This document shows positions 32,975 through 44,920 of a stretch of 59,123 nucleotides of DNA, in pieces; positions within the stretch are counted from its first letter, which is position 1, and each line of letters begins with the position of its first letter. A model generated the notes under the pieces. That model made no database searches. It was not told where the DNA came from and worked only from the letters and a program-made list of their open reading frames with translations. The translations under genes and the position numbers were made by a program. The DNA is from Saprolegnia diclina VS20 (taxonomy: Eukaryota), in the NCBI RefSeq assembly GCF_000281045.1, contig NW_008246069.1, forward strand, positions 76,492 to 135,614, written 5' to 3'.

Positions 32975-33742
32975 ATGTCGTCGTCGCAGCTCCTCAAGCT
33001 CCACAGCGTCCTCGACGACGCGTACTTTGAGGTCCGCGGCAGGGCGTGCTCCACGGTTAGCGGTATCGCGACCACCTTTACGGTCGTCAAGGACCCCAAC
33101 CTCATGGACAAGATGAAGCTCAAGTCGGCGGCGTCGAGCAAGAACAAGGCCGAGCTCTTCGTGCGCATTGACGTCGGTACGATTACGATCACGGCGCAGG
33201 GCGCGACGACCGACATTGCGATCGCACAAGGCTGCACGGACGTGCATCTGCGGGGCCGGCGCAGCGTCATCGTCGCGACGCGCCAGGGCCACGACCATAC
33301 GACGCTCGCATTCAGCGACCGCCTCTCAGCCGTCGAGTTTTGCGGCTGCGTCGGGCTCATCCAGCACATTGAGCACCTCCGCGAGCCACGGTACCTTGCC
33401 GAGTCGCTCAACCACGACGCGAGCATGCTCAAGTACACGCGCTTGACGCTGGCATTTGCCGAAGAGATGTGGACGCTCGCCATGTGGCGGGAGCTCTGGC
33501 CGTACTCGAATGTGCTGAGCGCGCTGCGCAGCGTTTTGGCTGCGCTCCCGGACGCGACAAACGTCCAGCGCGTCCGCGCGATCAACGCGACGCTGGCCGA
33601 GGTGCACGACCAGTTTTACGGCCACGCAGCGATCAACTTCTTCATGGAGAAGGACGGCGTCCGGTACTACCGCGCTTCATACGTGGCGCTGCTTGTCGCC
33701 AAGATCAAGGCGCTCCAGACCCACCTCGCCTTCTACATGTAG
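32975..33742 (+). CDS. Hypothetical protein, tandem paralogue A
   Basis: Intronless, strongly GC3-biased, and colinear with 34210-34962. Confidence 0.85.
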   Translation: MSSSQLLKLHSVLDDAYFEVRGRACSTVSGIATTFTVVKDPNLMDKMKLKSAASSKNKAELFVRIDVGTITITAQGATTDIAIAQGCTDVHLRGRRSVIVATRQGHDHTTLAFSDRLSAVEFCGCVGLIQHIEHLREPRYLAESLNHDASMLKYTRLTLAFAEEMWTLAMWRELWPYSNVLSALRSVLAALPDATNVQRVRAINATLAEVHDQFYGHAAINFFMEKDGVRYYRASYVALLVAKIKALQTHLAFYM

Positions 33743-33753
33743 GCTACAGGACG

Positions 33754-33769
33754 ATATATATATATATAT
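33754..33769. repeat. (AT)8 microsatellite in 3' region
   Basis: atatatatatatatat shortly after the stop codon. Confidence 0.8.
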
Positions 33770-34209
33770 TTAAGGGGGTAATTCGCCACGTTATTATTGA
33801 CTAAACGACAATATTGTCCATTTCGCACCGACAGGACCGGTATTACAGAAGAACCAAGCTCCTATAGTAACTACTAGCTCCTATATCGCCTCGAGAAGGA
33901 TCTCTTTATACGAGATCAATGCGAGTGCGTATACACTCTGCCCACTTCAAGAATGTCCCTTGGTGAGAGTTGCCTCCACTTGCCTTTGGCACTTGACGAA
34001 ACATTCCCTATTTGCAGCAGTGCATTGTCCTATTTCCCACCAATATCCCATACCATTCCTTGTAAATATGGACAATAGTCTAAAAGCACAGGAGTGTCTG
34101 TCGGTAAGAAATACCACAAAACGGACTTCGAACTTCGCAAAACCCACCACGCACTTTCTATGTATGGCCAACTTCGAGAAGATATTCCATTTTCATTTTT
34201 GCAGAAACG

Positions 34210-34962
34210 ATGTCGGTCCATCTCATGCGCCTCAACAGCATCCGCAAGGACAGTCGCCGGAGCTACTTTGAGCTCGAGGACGGCGCGCGGAGCGGCGTCG
34301 CATGCGAGTTTGGCGTCCTCAAGGACCCGACCCTCATGGACAAGCTCACGGGCCATGCGAACCACGCGACGATCTTTGTGCGCTTGGACGATGGCTCGAT
34401 CACAACGACGGCCCATAACGGCGAGCCCGAGCACCTAGCGACAAGCGATCTCTGGGCGACGCTGTATGGCAAGAGAGAGGTGCGGCTGGGCTCTACGTCC
34501 AGCGACGACGCGGCCACCAAGCACCACACCACGCTTGCGTTCGAGTCGCGGCTCGCGGCCGTCGAATTCTGCGGCGCCGTCGACCTCATCCAGCACGTTG
34601 CGTACCTGCGCCACCCGCACCGCGCGAACGCCATGAGCTCTGACGCTGTGCTACGCCATCACCTGGAAGCCACGTTGCGCTTTGTCGACGAGATGTGGAC
34701 ACTCGCCATGTGGCGGGAGCTCTGGCCGTACTCCAACATGGCCGAGATCCTGCACGCGTGCTTGGACGACCTAAGTGCCAACGCGCCGCCGCCGCAAGTC
34801 CGCGGCCGCCTCGAAGACATCTACGATACGTTCTACACGGAGGCCACCATGACGCTGTTTGCCGAGCGCGATGGCGTCCGCTTCTTTCGCCCCTCGTACA
34901 TTGGCCTCCTCGTCGCCAAGCTCAAGGCCGCCATGAGCCACATTACGCTGTACGCGCGGTAA
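34210..34962 (+). CDS. Hypothetical protein, tandem paralogue B
   Basis: Shares KDPxLMDK, HTTLAF..RL.AVEFCG.V.LIQH, EMWTLAMWRELWPYSN and DGVR..R.SY..LLVAK.KA with paralogue A. Confidence 0.85.
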   Translation: MSVHLMRLNSIRKDSRRSYFELEDGARSGVACEFGVLKDPTLMDKLTGHANHATIFVRLDDGSITTTAHNGEPEHLATSDLWATLYGKREVRLGSTSSDDAATKHHTTLAFESRLAAVEFCGAVDLIQHVAYLRHPHRANAMSSDAVLRHHLEATLRFVDEMWTLAMWRELWPYSNMAEILHACLDDLSANAPPPQVRGRLEDIYDTFYTEATMTLFAERDGVRFFRPSYIGLLVAKLKAAMSHITLYAR

Positions 34963-35695
34963 TAGACTAGAGCCACAGGAGTGTACGACTATTTAATCAC
35001 CTGCCCACAACCATCTTTAGTAGACCAGAGATACGCACACCGCGGCCACACCCCGGGGCACCATTTGCGGTTTAGAGGGTGCGACCGCCTTGTCTCGACC
35101 AACTCGCTCGACGGGCGCAGGTCGTTGCCAAGAGAGGAGACGATCGAAGCTACATGGGTCGCAATGCCATCGCGGTCACCTGCTAACGTGGCTGTTTCGT
35201 CTACAGCACCCGTGCACTTGGGTCCATTCTGCCGAAAATAAGACTCCATCACGTCAAGTCACGGTCCTTGCCCATGGCTCGTAGCGCCGTGAGCCTCGTC
35301 TAGGTTCCGACACGCGTTTACGTTGCGAGCTGTCGCGCGAGGAAGGATGGAAAACATTGTCGATAATTGTCTTTCAAATGAACGTTACCGACAAATGTAC
35401 AACTAAACGAGCAACTAGAGCTAGCATACCAACACATCGTAATGGACTGTGTGCCCCGGGGCCGTATGAATGCCCCATGGACTCGGACTGGACCTCGCAT
35501 TACATGGGAGCTCGCGCTGTCGCGAGGTAGTACGGTATCGGCTTGCGCGCTGGCGTGCGCGCTGGCGCCATGTTGTTGAATACGGCACATGCCGAATTTA
35601 GATCGTGCGGTGCGCCAGCTGTGTGCCCCGGGGTCCATGACGCACGTTGCGACCAAATCTAAAGAATTGGTTTCCGCATTTGTCGCCGACGAGAC

Positions 35696-38600
35696 ATGTT
35701 TGGCTTTGCGGGGCTCACGAGCAAGCCGCCGGTCGGGCGAACCTCGGACGAGCAGCTCTTCCACAACGTCGACCCGGTGCTGGACGACGTCCGCAAGCTC
35801 AACGGGGCTGCCACGTGGGCCATCCTCGGCTTTGTCCTCGCCTCGACACCGAGCCACAGCAACGAGGTCTGCCTCGAGGTGCTCGCACACGGCGCGGGCC
35901 CGATCTCGGACGAGCACAACTGGCCGGAAGCGCTCTTCGACCCGTCGTCGCTCTGCTACGGCCTCTGCCGCATCGAGCCCGAAGAGTATGCGCTCACGTC
36001 GTCGTCGCTCCTCTCGGCGTCGTCGCCGCGCACGCCCCGCTCGAATGGCACGTTCTCATTCCCAGTTGCGTACACGGTCTCGTTTTGCTGGAAAGGCGTG
36101 ACGCTGCCGTTCGCGTTGCGTGCCAAGCACACAGAGTTCCACAAGCGCATCCAAGAGCATCTCGGTGGCATGGCGCACGTCACGCTCAAGAGTGCATCCG
36201 ACCTCAGGTACACACGTCTCTACCATATACGAACTTAGCGCTTGTGTAGCACCGAGTCGATGCGGCGCTTCTTGCCCATGACCAAGCGGCGAAGTGTTAC
36301 GAAGCGGCTGAACCTTGTGCGCTCGATCGAATTCGCGCCGGCCGTGGTCGCGGCCTACGAGGACGTGCGGCTCGACGCCAACCCGTTCAACTGGCTCATT
36401 GCAGGGTATGCGACCAACAGCGACGACGATGCACCGACGCTTGTTCTCCTCGAGACGGGCATGGTACGTGCGTTCTACCTGGATCGCGTCGCATGATGCT
36501 TGTACTAGTCGGGTCTCCAGGCGCTCAAAGGTCTTGGCGGCATGGGCTCCAGCTTGCTCACGACGACAGGCGTCAAGTACATCTACATTCGGCTGGACGT
36601 GCCGATGCAACAAGGCACTGTCTCGAAATACGTGCTCATCACGTGGCAGTCGTGGGACATAACGAGTCCGACCGCCCGCTTGCGCAGCGGCAGCGTCGAC
36701 TCGGACATCTTCAACGACGATTCGTCGTCGGCCATGTTGGAGCCAATCGCGTCGTCCTCGTCATCGATCTCGTTCGAGTCCAAGGTCGTCTCGGCGGCCA
36801 ATGCACACGCGCATGCGGGCGAAGTCTACCGCTTCTTCCAGCACCATGTACGTCGCCTGTCGATTTGCTAGATTCGAACAAGACGAATGGCAATATGCTG
36901 GTCTAGGTTCACTTTTTCGCGAGCAGCATGTCGGACATTTCGGAAGAAGCCATCCGCGAGCGCGTTCGGCGGTCCATCGACAGCGACCGCATGCTTCTCC
37001 GCGTCGTACGTTGTCGCCCAAGCGAGCCGGCGTCCTACGGCGTTACTAGGTCTGCGTGCAAGCGTCCGGTGACGCGCAGCCGGCCGTGTGCATTGAAATC
37101 TCGCGCGAAGCGATTCTCGCCGACCTCAAAGGCGAGATCGCGCGCGTGATTGGCATTCCGGAAGACCGCCAGCGCCTCGTGTGGTTTCATACCAAAGAAG
37201 ACGTGGACAATGGTATCGACGGGTGCATATTCGATGGGAGGACGATGTTGTGGTTAGTGTTTCACGCCACGTCGCAAGCGACCATCTTGCAGCTCGACTC
37301 GCACCGGCTGCGCAACGACATTGGCCTCGAGCATGGCGACAAGATTCATGTTGACGACCTTGGCGTTGGCGCCGACTCGGTCCTCTTCAAGCTCGTGCAG
37401 CAGGTATTCCATTCTTGTGGTAAACATGCGCTGGGAATCTGCAACGGTAGCTCAACTCGGGCTCGGACGTGGTGAGTCTCTCGGCCGAACGCCGACATGA
37501 AGTCGAGCTCACGGTCGAAGCGCGCGAAGCCGAGCTCAAGCGCACCATGAGCGCGACGCAAGACCTTCTCGAAGAAAAGTCCAAGCGCGAGCCGCTCGAG
37601 CCCATCGTCGACGACGCTAGTAGCGCTGGCGACGAGACCCAGGACACACATGAGGACGAGGCGCTCGTCACGACCAACGAAGTCGACGACCTCAAGAACC
37701 AAATGCGCGTGTTGGAAGCCCAGAAACAATACTTGGACATTCCATATGAGAGCATCCGACTCCTTGACGGCAAAGAGAACGAGCTCGGCATTGGCAAGTG
37801 CGCGACCGTGTACCGCGGCATGTGGATGACCACCAAGTCGATCGCCGAGGTAGAGAGTGCGCTCTCTTTGCTCGTTCAGAATGTCCGTCTAGGTGGCCAT
37901 CAAGGTGTTTCGGTACGTGCGCTTGACGGACAAGATCATGCAAGATTACACGCAAGAAGTCGCGATGCTCCGGCAGCTCAAGCACCCCAACATTGTGCTC
38001 TTCATTGGCGCCTGCATCAGCCCCAAGCTCATGATTTTAACCGAATATTGCTCCCGGAAAAGGTATGCATTGTCGACGCTCGCAGTACGTCCGTTCATGG
38101 CATGTTAGTCTCTACAGCGTGATTCACAACAAGGCCATGTTTGCTACGATCCCGTGGAAGGTACATTTTCACTTGATAGATTGATATTTGAGCATCGCAA
38201 CTAGTTCAAAGTGCGCATGGTGCTGGACGCGGCGCGCGGCATTGCCTACTTGCACGCAAACCGCATCATCCACCGCGATATCAAGGTATCCAGCTATCCA
38301 AATGCAAGAATCTTTGGATCCAACGATATCTCTTTAGTCGCACAACTTGCTCGTGGACGACGACTGGCGGGCAAAGGTCGCCGACTTTGGCATTAGCAAG
38401 GTCCTCGACGTCGGCGCGCAGGCGTTTACACACTGCGGCACCAGCGGCTGGTAACTCGAGCTCTCATGCCTCGGAACGCACACGACACATGCATTAGGGT
38501 CGCGCCCGAGGTGCTTTTGGACGAAGACATTGGGTATACGTTCAAGGCCGACAACTGGAGGTATGCTATCAATCTGCTCTGAATCTGGTACTGACCACAT

Positions 38601-38955
38601 GTAGTTTTGCGATCGTCATGTGGGAAATGATTGCCGGTGCCCACGAAAACCCATTTTTGGGCATGGCGCCCGTCAAGTTTTACCACCAGACCATCAACAA
38701 GGGCTTGCGACCGCTGATTGACGACACGGTACATAGATGAAGCATATCGCAACGGTTGACCTCGAGCTCTAGGTCGACCCGGCGTACGCGAGCCTGATCC
38801 GCGAGTGCTGGGACTCGGACCCGCCGGCGCGCCCGTCCTTTGCGACAATCGTGGACCGCCTCGAGGCAATTCTCTCGGACCTTGGCATGGACACGGGCTT
38901 GCCGCCGACGTTTGCCGGCGGCTACCACGCGCACTCGGAGGCCGTGTCGTCATAG
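35696..38955 (+). CDS. Multi-exon TKL-group protein kinase with two N-terminal ADF-H (coactosin/drebrin-like) domains, a ubiquitin-like domain and a coiled coil
   Basis: Kinase motifs [63 protein letters not shown] signatures [19 protein letters not shown] and SKYVLITW. Ubl [23 protein letters not shown]. Joined through many 40-55 nt introns. Confidence 0.8.
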
Positions 38956-39199
38956 TTAGCCCTAACCCCATAACGCCCCTCTTTTGTCACGTCGCAACGC
39001 CATGTTGACGTGAAGCGGTCGACAAATAGTGTTGTAATATGGACAAAGTATTCCTGTTGTCGATGTAGGATAGACAAGAGTGTCCACGCACTGGCGACGT
39101 GCGATTTTAGTATTAAAAAAATATTAAAAATATTAATTAAAAAGATCGATCGATCGTATCCGGATATTGTATCCGGCAGATCCCTGCATGTTGGCGACG

Positions 39200-40593
39200 A
39201 TGATGAACATGGAGAAGCACGCGATCGTCCTCGACGTCGGGAGTCGGTACCTCAAGAGCGGGATCTCGGGCGAGCGCAGCCCCCGGGCGGTCCTCCGCTA
39301 CGACGTACGCAGCATCTTCCCCATGAGATGCGTTCTCGATCGATACGTAGCTCGCAGAGAAGCTCCTCCAGACGCCACCGCTCTCTAAGGCCCAGTGGCA
39401 CGACTACATGGGCGGTCATCTCTACCGCGTCTGCTTCCAGTACGACCATGGACACCATCTTCCAAGGACAGTAGGCTTCATCGTAATGCATGGGTAGCGA
39501 CCTCCGCGTGACGCCCAAGAACCGAAGGTTCGTCGTCTGCGAGGACTTGCTCCTCCCGCGCAACCTGCGCGAGGCCATCCACGACGTCGTCCTTCTCGTT
39601 TTCAAGGTCTCGTCTGTGCTTGTTACCATCCACCTTGTACCATGCAGCATAGGCCAAGCATCTGCTCTTCGTGCCCGCGACGACCACGGCGCTGTATGCA
39701 ACCAGCCACGTGACGGCGCTCATCGTCGACGTCGGCTGGCTCGAGACGCGGGTACTCCCGGTCTTTGAGCGCATGCCGATTCTCTCGGCCTACAAGAGTA
39801 CACCACCCTCTTCTTCCTCGTCTCTGATGCACATGCGTCGCTAGCGACGGGGCTTGCGAGTCAATATGCTTGCGCCGGCCTCAAAGGCTACGTCCAGACG
39901 CGCGATACGCCCGTCGAAGACATCCTCGAGCGGGCTTGCTTTGTTCTGCCCGCGTCCTCCGAGGTACGAGCTACCGGCGGCTACAACGACCGTCATACAC
40001 GCGGTTAGGATCTTGTCGTTGAAGACGCCGAGTTCTTTGCGTATACCCCAAAGGCCCTCACGGTATTTACATGCGATGGGCGAAGGGTACCTCCTGCTTG
40101 ACGCACGCGTTTTCTGCTGTAGCTGCCCGGGGCTGCCCGGCACGAGTGCTTGGAGCCGCTCTTCACTGGTACCACCTGCAGCGTACATATCGCCTCCGTC
40201 ACCGCTGGTCGTAGGCACGGACGAGCTCATCTCGATCCCGGATGTGATTCTCGACTGCTTGGCCAAGTGTCCCGTCGACACCCGAAAGGCGCTGTCTGAA
40301 AACATCCTGTGCATTGGTGGCACGTGCATGCTGCCTGGTCGGAGGATGACCCTTCTCGTGCGCTTGACGTTGACGTCGTCGTAGGCTTTCGCGCGCGGCT
40401 CCAGAGCGAGCTTCAAGCCGAGCACACGTCGGCGCGCGTCGTGGCGACGGCGTTCCCGCCCAACCTCATGACGTGGGTCGGCGCCTCCGTGTACGGCTCG
40501 ACGTCCGACGCCATGGCGGTGTCGCTCTCGCAGACCGATTATGCAGCGCACCCGGTCGTCGGCGACTGGATGGAGATTCATAAAGCCCCATAA
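39200..40593 (+). CDS. ACTR10: Actin-related protein 10 (dynactin Arp11/Arp10), multi-exon
   Basis: [86 protein letters not shown]. Confidence 0.85.
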
Positions 40594-40641
40594 GAAATGG
40601 AATAGGCATAGCAACACGTATTGGCGACACGCCCTAGCGTC

Positions 40642-42697
40642 TTATTTGCGGCTTCCGAGCACGGGCCGACCGGTCTCGTCCCACGGCGCCTTGAGCGACT
40701 CGACGGGCCCGAGGTCCTTGAGCTTGGACTTGAGGTTCGTGCTCGTCTTGAGCGGCGCAATGTGGTGGGGCATGTTGATCTTGCGGTTCGTGGGCGAGCC
40801 GCCTTTCACGTCCTCTTCCTTTCGGCGCTCGGTCGTCTTGGCGTCCGCACCGAGATCCAGCGCCGCGACCTGGCCATGCAACACCTTCTTTTGCGCAATA
40901 AGGTTCATCGTCTCGGGCACGCGGTCCTCGTCGCCATCACCGTCGCCATACTTGACCTTCCACAGCGAAATCTTGCGGAGCTCCGGGAAGCCCTTGACGC
41001 CATTACGGAGCGTCTTGACCTAATGCGAGATCGTAAGGTGCAGTCGCACACAGCATGGCGGAGACCTGGAAGCCATTCTTTTGGCACGTGACGTCCGGAA
41101 ACCGCGTGTCGAGAAGCGGCTGCTCGTCCTCGCCGTCTTCAATGTGCACGTAAAAGGCATTGTCGTAGTAGAGCACGATCATGACGAGCGTGCCCGTGTA
41201 CACCTTGCACGCGATTGCTTCGACGTGCTACATCCCCGTTGTATCAACTTGACAGTTTGAAACAAAATACCTTGAGCTGTGGGGTGGGCTCGATGCCGAG
41301 CTCAAAGAAACACTCGGCGGCTTCGTCGTTGAGCCACCGACTGACGTCGTTGCTGTCACCCTTCTTCTGGAGCCCGGCGAGAATCTCTTCCGTGGCCGCG
41401 AGCTCTGCTTGGATGGCAGGAACAATGCTCGCAATGTATTCCATTGTCGACGCAAAAAGGGACGTCGCTGGCATCTTGGTGACTTCGCACATGAACGTCT
41501 ACGCCAGCCATCGTACACAGTTTATGACAAGACTGTATGGACGTACAAGGGCGCTTTGTTGCCGGCGCAGCATCGGAATGACCACGGGGATGTCCGAGAG
41601 CTCGAGCTTGGGACCGAGGTCGACGTGTCCGTTGTAGCACCAGCTCCCAAACCGAAAGAGCACTTCACGAAGTTTGCTTTCGGGATGGCCTTCGACTAGG
41701 TACACGTCGTTAGTCGATCGTGTTTAGTATGAACGAATACAGACGTACGCGGCTGTGTGCGCTGGATCAAGAACGTTTGGTTGTAGCCGGTGCCACTCAC
41801 GTCCTTGCATTGCATTTGAAACGTCTTGGGCGGGCTCTTGGGCTTGCTGTCGCTTGGCATCGCTTGCCACAGCACGAGCTTCTTCATGTTCATAAAATTC
41901 TCTTGGTAGTGGCGCAGATGCACGCCTTGGAGGTGCTGCGTCAGATCCGGGAAGCGTACGTCAAGCAATGGCTGCTCGCCGACGCCTTCTTGAAGAACCA
42001 CGTAAAAACTCCGCTGCATACGTGTTAGGACGATCGAAGCGAGCGAAATGACGTGGATACCTGGTAGTAGATGACAACCAAGACGAGGCCGCGGACAAAG
42101 GTCTTGCTCGCAACGAGGTCGATGCCCTAGAACGCGCATGAGCCGTCTCGGTGGACAGTGCTTCGAGCGGCGTACGTCAAAACAGTCAAAACCACCGGTC
42201 TCGAGCTCGAAAAAGTTCTTGGCGTCCGCGTCGTCGTCGACCCACGTGTTGTCTTGCGCCGCCTTCATGAGCTTCTTCTCAATGGCCTTGGACGCGAGCT
42301 CGGTGCCAATAAAGTCGAACGCGTCGTAGAGCGTCTCGAGGGGCATCGCATACGGCGACGTGGCCGGGATCTGCTTCCACTCGCAGAGGAACTGCAGCGA
42401 GCCCTGCTGCTTCTGGAGCGCCGGGATCACGACGGGCAAGTCGGCGAGCGCGATCTCGGCGTCGCCGACGTCGACCTTGCCCGTGTAGCACCAGTTGCCA
42501 CAGCGGAAGAGCACCTCATGCAGATGGCTCTTGCTTGACTGGATGATGTACGTCTGGTTGTACCCATCGCGGAGCGCGACGACGTCGGCGGATGGCGCGT
42601 CCGGCGCGCGGTCGTCGTCGTCCGAGTCGGAGGCCCGGCGCTTGGAATCGGTCGTCTTGGCCTCGACGTCGCTTCCGGCCGCTTCCTTCTCGTCCAT
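40642..42697 (-). CDS. Hypothetical multi-exon protein built from two copies of an unrecognised domain (about 200 aa each)
   Basis: GYNQTYIIQ..HEVLFRCGNWCYTGKVD..QPLLDVRFPDLT..KKLVLWQ aligns with GYNQTFLIQ..REVLFRFGSWCYNGHVD..QPLLDTRFPDVT..RKISLWK. Confidence 0.8.
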
Positions 42698-43136
42698 GCT
42701 TCTTGCTTGCTCGACTCGGAAAGATCTAGTGTGAAACGACCGGGGGGAGCGCAAAAAAAGAACGCGCGGTTTCAATTCTTTAATAGAAACGGCGTCTTTA
42801 AATGTCCAAAACTAATAAACAAACAGAATCGTGCGTTCTTTAAATCCGATCCGAGTATTCCTTCCGGTGCGAAGCTCTCAGTGTAGCAGGTGGGACCTCA
42901 ACAGTCGAGGTTGACTCCCTCGGCGTATGCATGCTGCTCTTGGACCGTGGCCTAACGAGATTAAAAGAAAAAAGAAACCTTTAAAAGAACACGTGGTTTC
43001 AAACGTACACTATTTTCAGTTCCATAAACTAAAATAGTGTTGGATTGACCCAAGTACCTTCGATTTGTATGGTATACTTGCCGCAAGATGGCTGCCTTCC
43101 ACGTGGCCGGTCATACGCCAAAACATCCGCGAGACC

Positions 43137-43370
43137 ATGGTCGACTACGCGGGGCAAGCGCTCGCCGAGAAGATGATGCGCATCATCTTCATCGTCTTCT
43201 GCACGCCGGCGTGGATCTATGGCTTCTTCCAGCAGGACTTTACCTATCCGCTCTACGCCTGGGGCGCCGCCTGCGCGACGGCCGTCGTCCTCACGCTGCC
43301 CAACTGGCCGTACTTCAACCGCAACCCGATCCAGTGGCGACCGCGCCTGCGCAAGGACAAGGACGAATGA
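43137..43370 (+). CDS. SPCS1: Signal peptidase complex subunit 1 (SPC12)
   Basis: MVDYAGQALAE, GFFQQDF, LPNWPYFNRNPIQW and two transmembrane segments. Confidence 0.92.
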   Translation: MVDYAGQALAEKMMRIIFIVFCTPAWIYGFFQQDFTYPLYAWGAACATAVVLTLPNWPYFNRNPIQWRPRLRKDKDE

Positions 43371-43722
43371 TAGCTATGCCGCTAACTTACCAACCCGCAC
43401 TTATACTCGATCAGCACCGACCGCAGCGTCCAGCCCACGCGCCGCCACCAGCAATCACACTCGGCATCGTAGAGCTTTAGCGCGACGACACGACGTAGGT
43501 AGCAAAGGCCCATTGGCGCACGGCTACGCACGGTATGCAGCGACAAGGAACGACAGGCATGCAGGCGGGGCAGGCCTGGATGACAACATGATGGCCACAT
43601 GAAGTACCGCGACGACAGTGAACCACCCTGCAGCACCAGGAGCGCGTACTCTCACACGACCAGCTTTGCAAGCGCAAACTCAACAAGAAGCAGGATGGAT
43701 TCGAACAGATATGCATACGAGG

Positions 43723-44847
43723 CTACATCAGCGGCACAAACCCTTGGGAAAGGACGTGGAAGAGCCCGTTGGCGGTGCCATTGGTCGAGGCGTCGAGCAG
43801 CATGTACCCGCCTTCGCCCCACTTGGTGCCCCACGAGTTGCGGATCTTCCAGACAGGCACGCCGCCGTTCGCGACGCCGTACCCGACAATGGTCACGGCG
43901 TGGTCCAACGGCGCGCTCGCATTGTGCCCGGATGTCAAGACGCCACCGACGTAAAACTGCCACGCTGGGTTGCCCGCGCTCAAGCTCACGGCAATCGGCG
44001 TCGTGGCGAGCGTGCGCTGGAAGGCGGCGACCGACTTGGCGACGCGACCGACGCCTGCGACCCCCAACTCGAGCGGCTTGGCGCAGGGCTGGCATGCTCC
44101 ACCGGTGCCGGTTTTGCCCAGAGTGAACGGTGCGTCTGCCAGCGCACACGCGCCGGACCGCGCAAAGTTGATGCCGGCAACTGTCGTACCGCCGTTGCAG
44201 CCGCCGCGGCTGTCGCTGCACGTCGTGACAAACTGGTCCGAAAGCGAAATCGTCGTGTTGAACTTGGCGCAGTACGCGCCTTCAATTGCAGCGTTCGATG
44301 CGAACGCCCAGCAGTTGCCGCACCGGCCTTGGAAGCGCGGCGGTGTCACGTAGCAGCGCGTGTGGTCGACCGCCCACTCGACCGGCGTCGACGCGTTACT
44401 TGTGTCGGCGGGCAACGTCGGTGGCGCCACGACCGGGTCATCGCGCACGATATCAATGTGCCACTCGTCCGGGGTTGTGCCAGCGACAATCGTCCAGTTG
44501 GTCGACGCAAACCCGCGGTCAACGATGCTAGAGTCGTTGAGATGGAACGTGCGGTTGGGGTCGACCCAGTGTTGAAACTCGTCTGGTGTCAAGAGCGCGT
44601 ACGGTGTGAGGCCAAAGGTTGCGTGGGGATTCGCGCGCCGCAGCGCCCGGGCGCGGAGCCGTGCGTTAAAGTAGCGCTCCAGTGTGTGGTTGCTCTCGAG
44701 GAACCCGCGTTGCAGTGCGATTTGACCTGCGGGCGAGTGGCGCCAGTGCGCAAAGCGCGCGCGGAGCGCTTTCACACGGCGGCCGTCGGCGCTGGCGGTG
44801 AACAGCGCTGCCAGCAAAAGGCTACTCCAGATCGCACGCAGTGCCAT
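43723..44847 (-). CDS. Secreted papain-family (C1A) cysteine protease with I29-type propeptide
   Basis: Signal peptide MALRAIWSSLLLAALFTASA, prodomain FGLTPYALLTPDEF, catalytic QGRCGNCWAF, LDHAVTIVGYG and IRNSWGTKWGEGGY. Confidence 0.93.
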   Translation of the reverse strand: MALRAIWSSLLLAALFTASADGRRVKALRARFAHWRHSPAGQIALQRGFLESNHTLERYFNARLRARALRRANPHATFGLTPYALLTPDEFQHWVDPNRTFHLNDSSIVDRGFASTNWTIVAGTTPDEWHIDIVRDDPVVAPPTLPADTSNASTPVEWAVDHTRCYVTPPRFQGRCGNCWAFASNAAIEGAYCAKFNTTISLSDQFVTTCSDSRGGCNGGTTVAGINFARSGACALADAPFTLGKTGTGGACQPCAKPLELGVAGVGRVAKSVAAFQRTLATTPIAVSLSAGNPAWQFYVGGVLTSGHNASAPLDHAVTIVGYGVANGGVPVWKIRNSWGTKWGEGGYMLLDASTNGTANGLFHVLSQGFVPLM

Positions 44848-44920
44848 GGACTTCCACTTGTGCAATGAGAAGTCTGCCTCGGAGACGAGGGATAATTATA
44901 GCGGTCGGGCGCCATGATGT

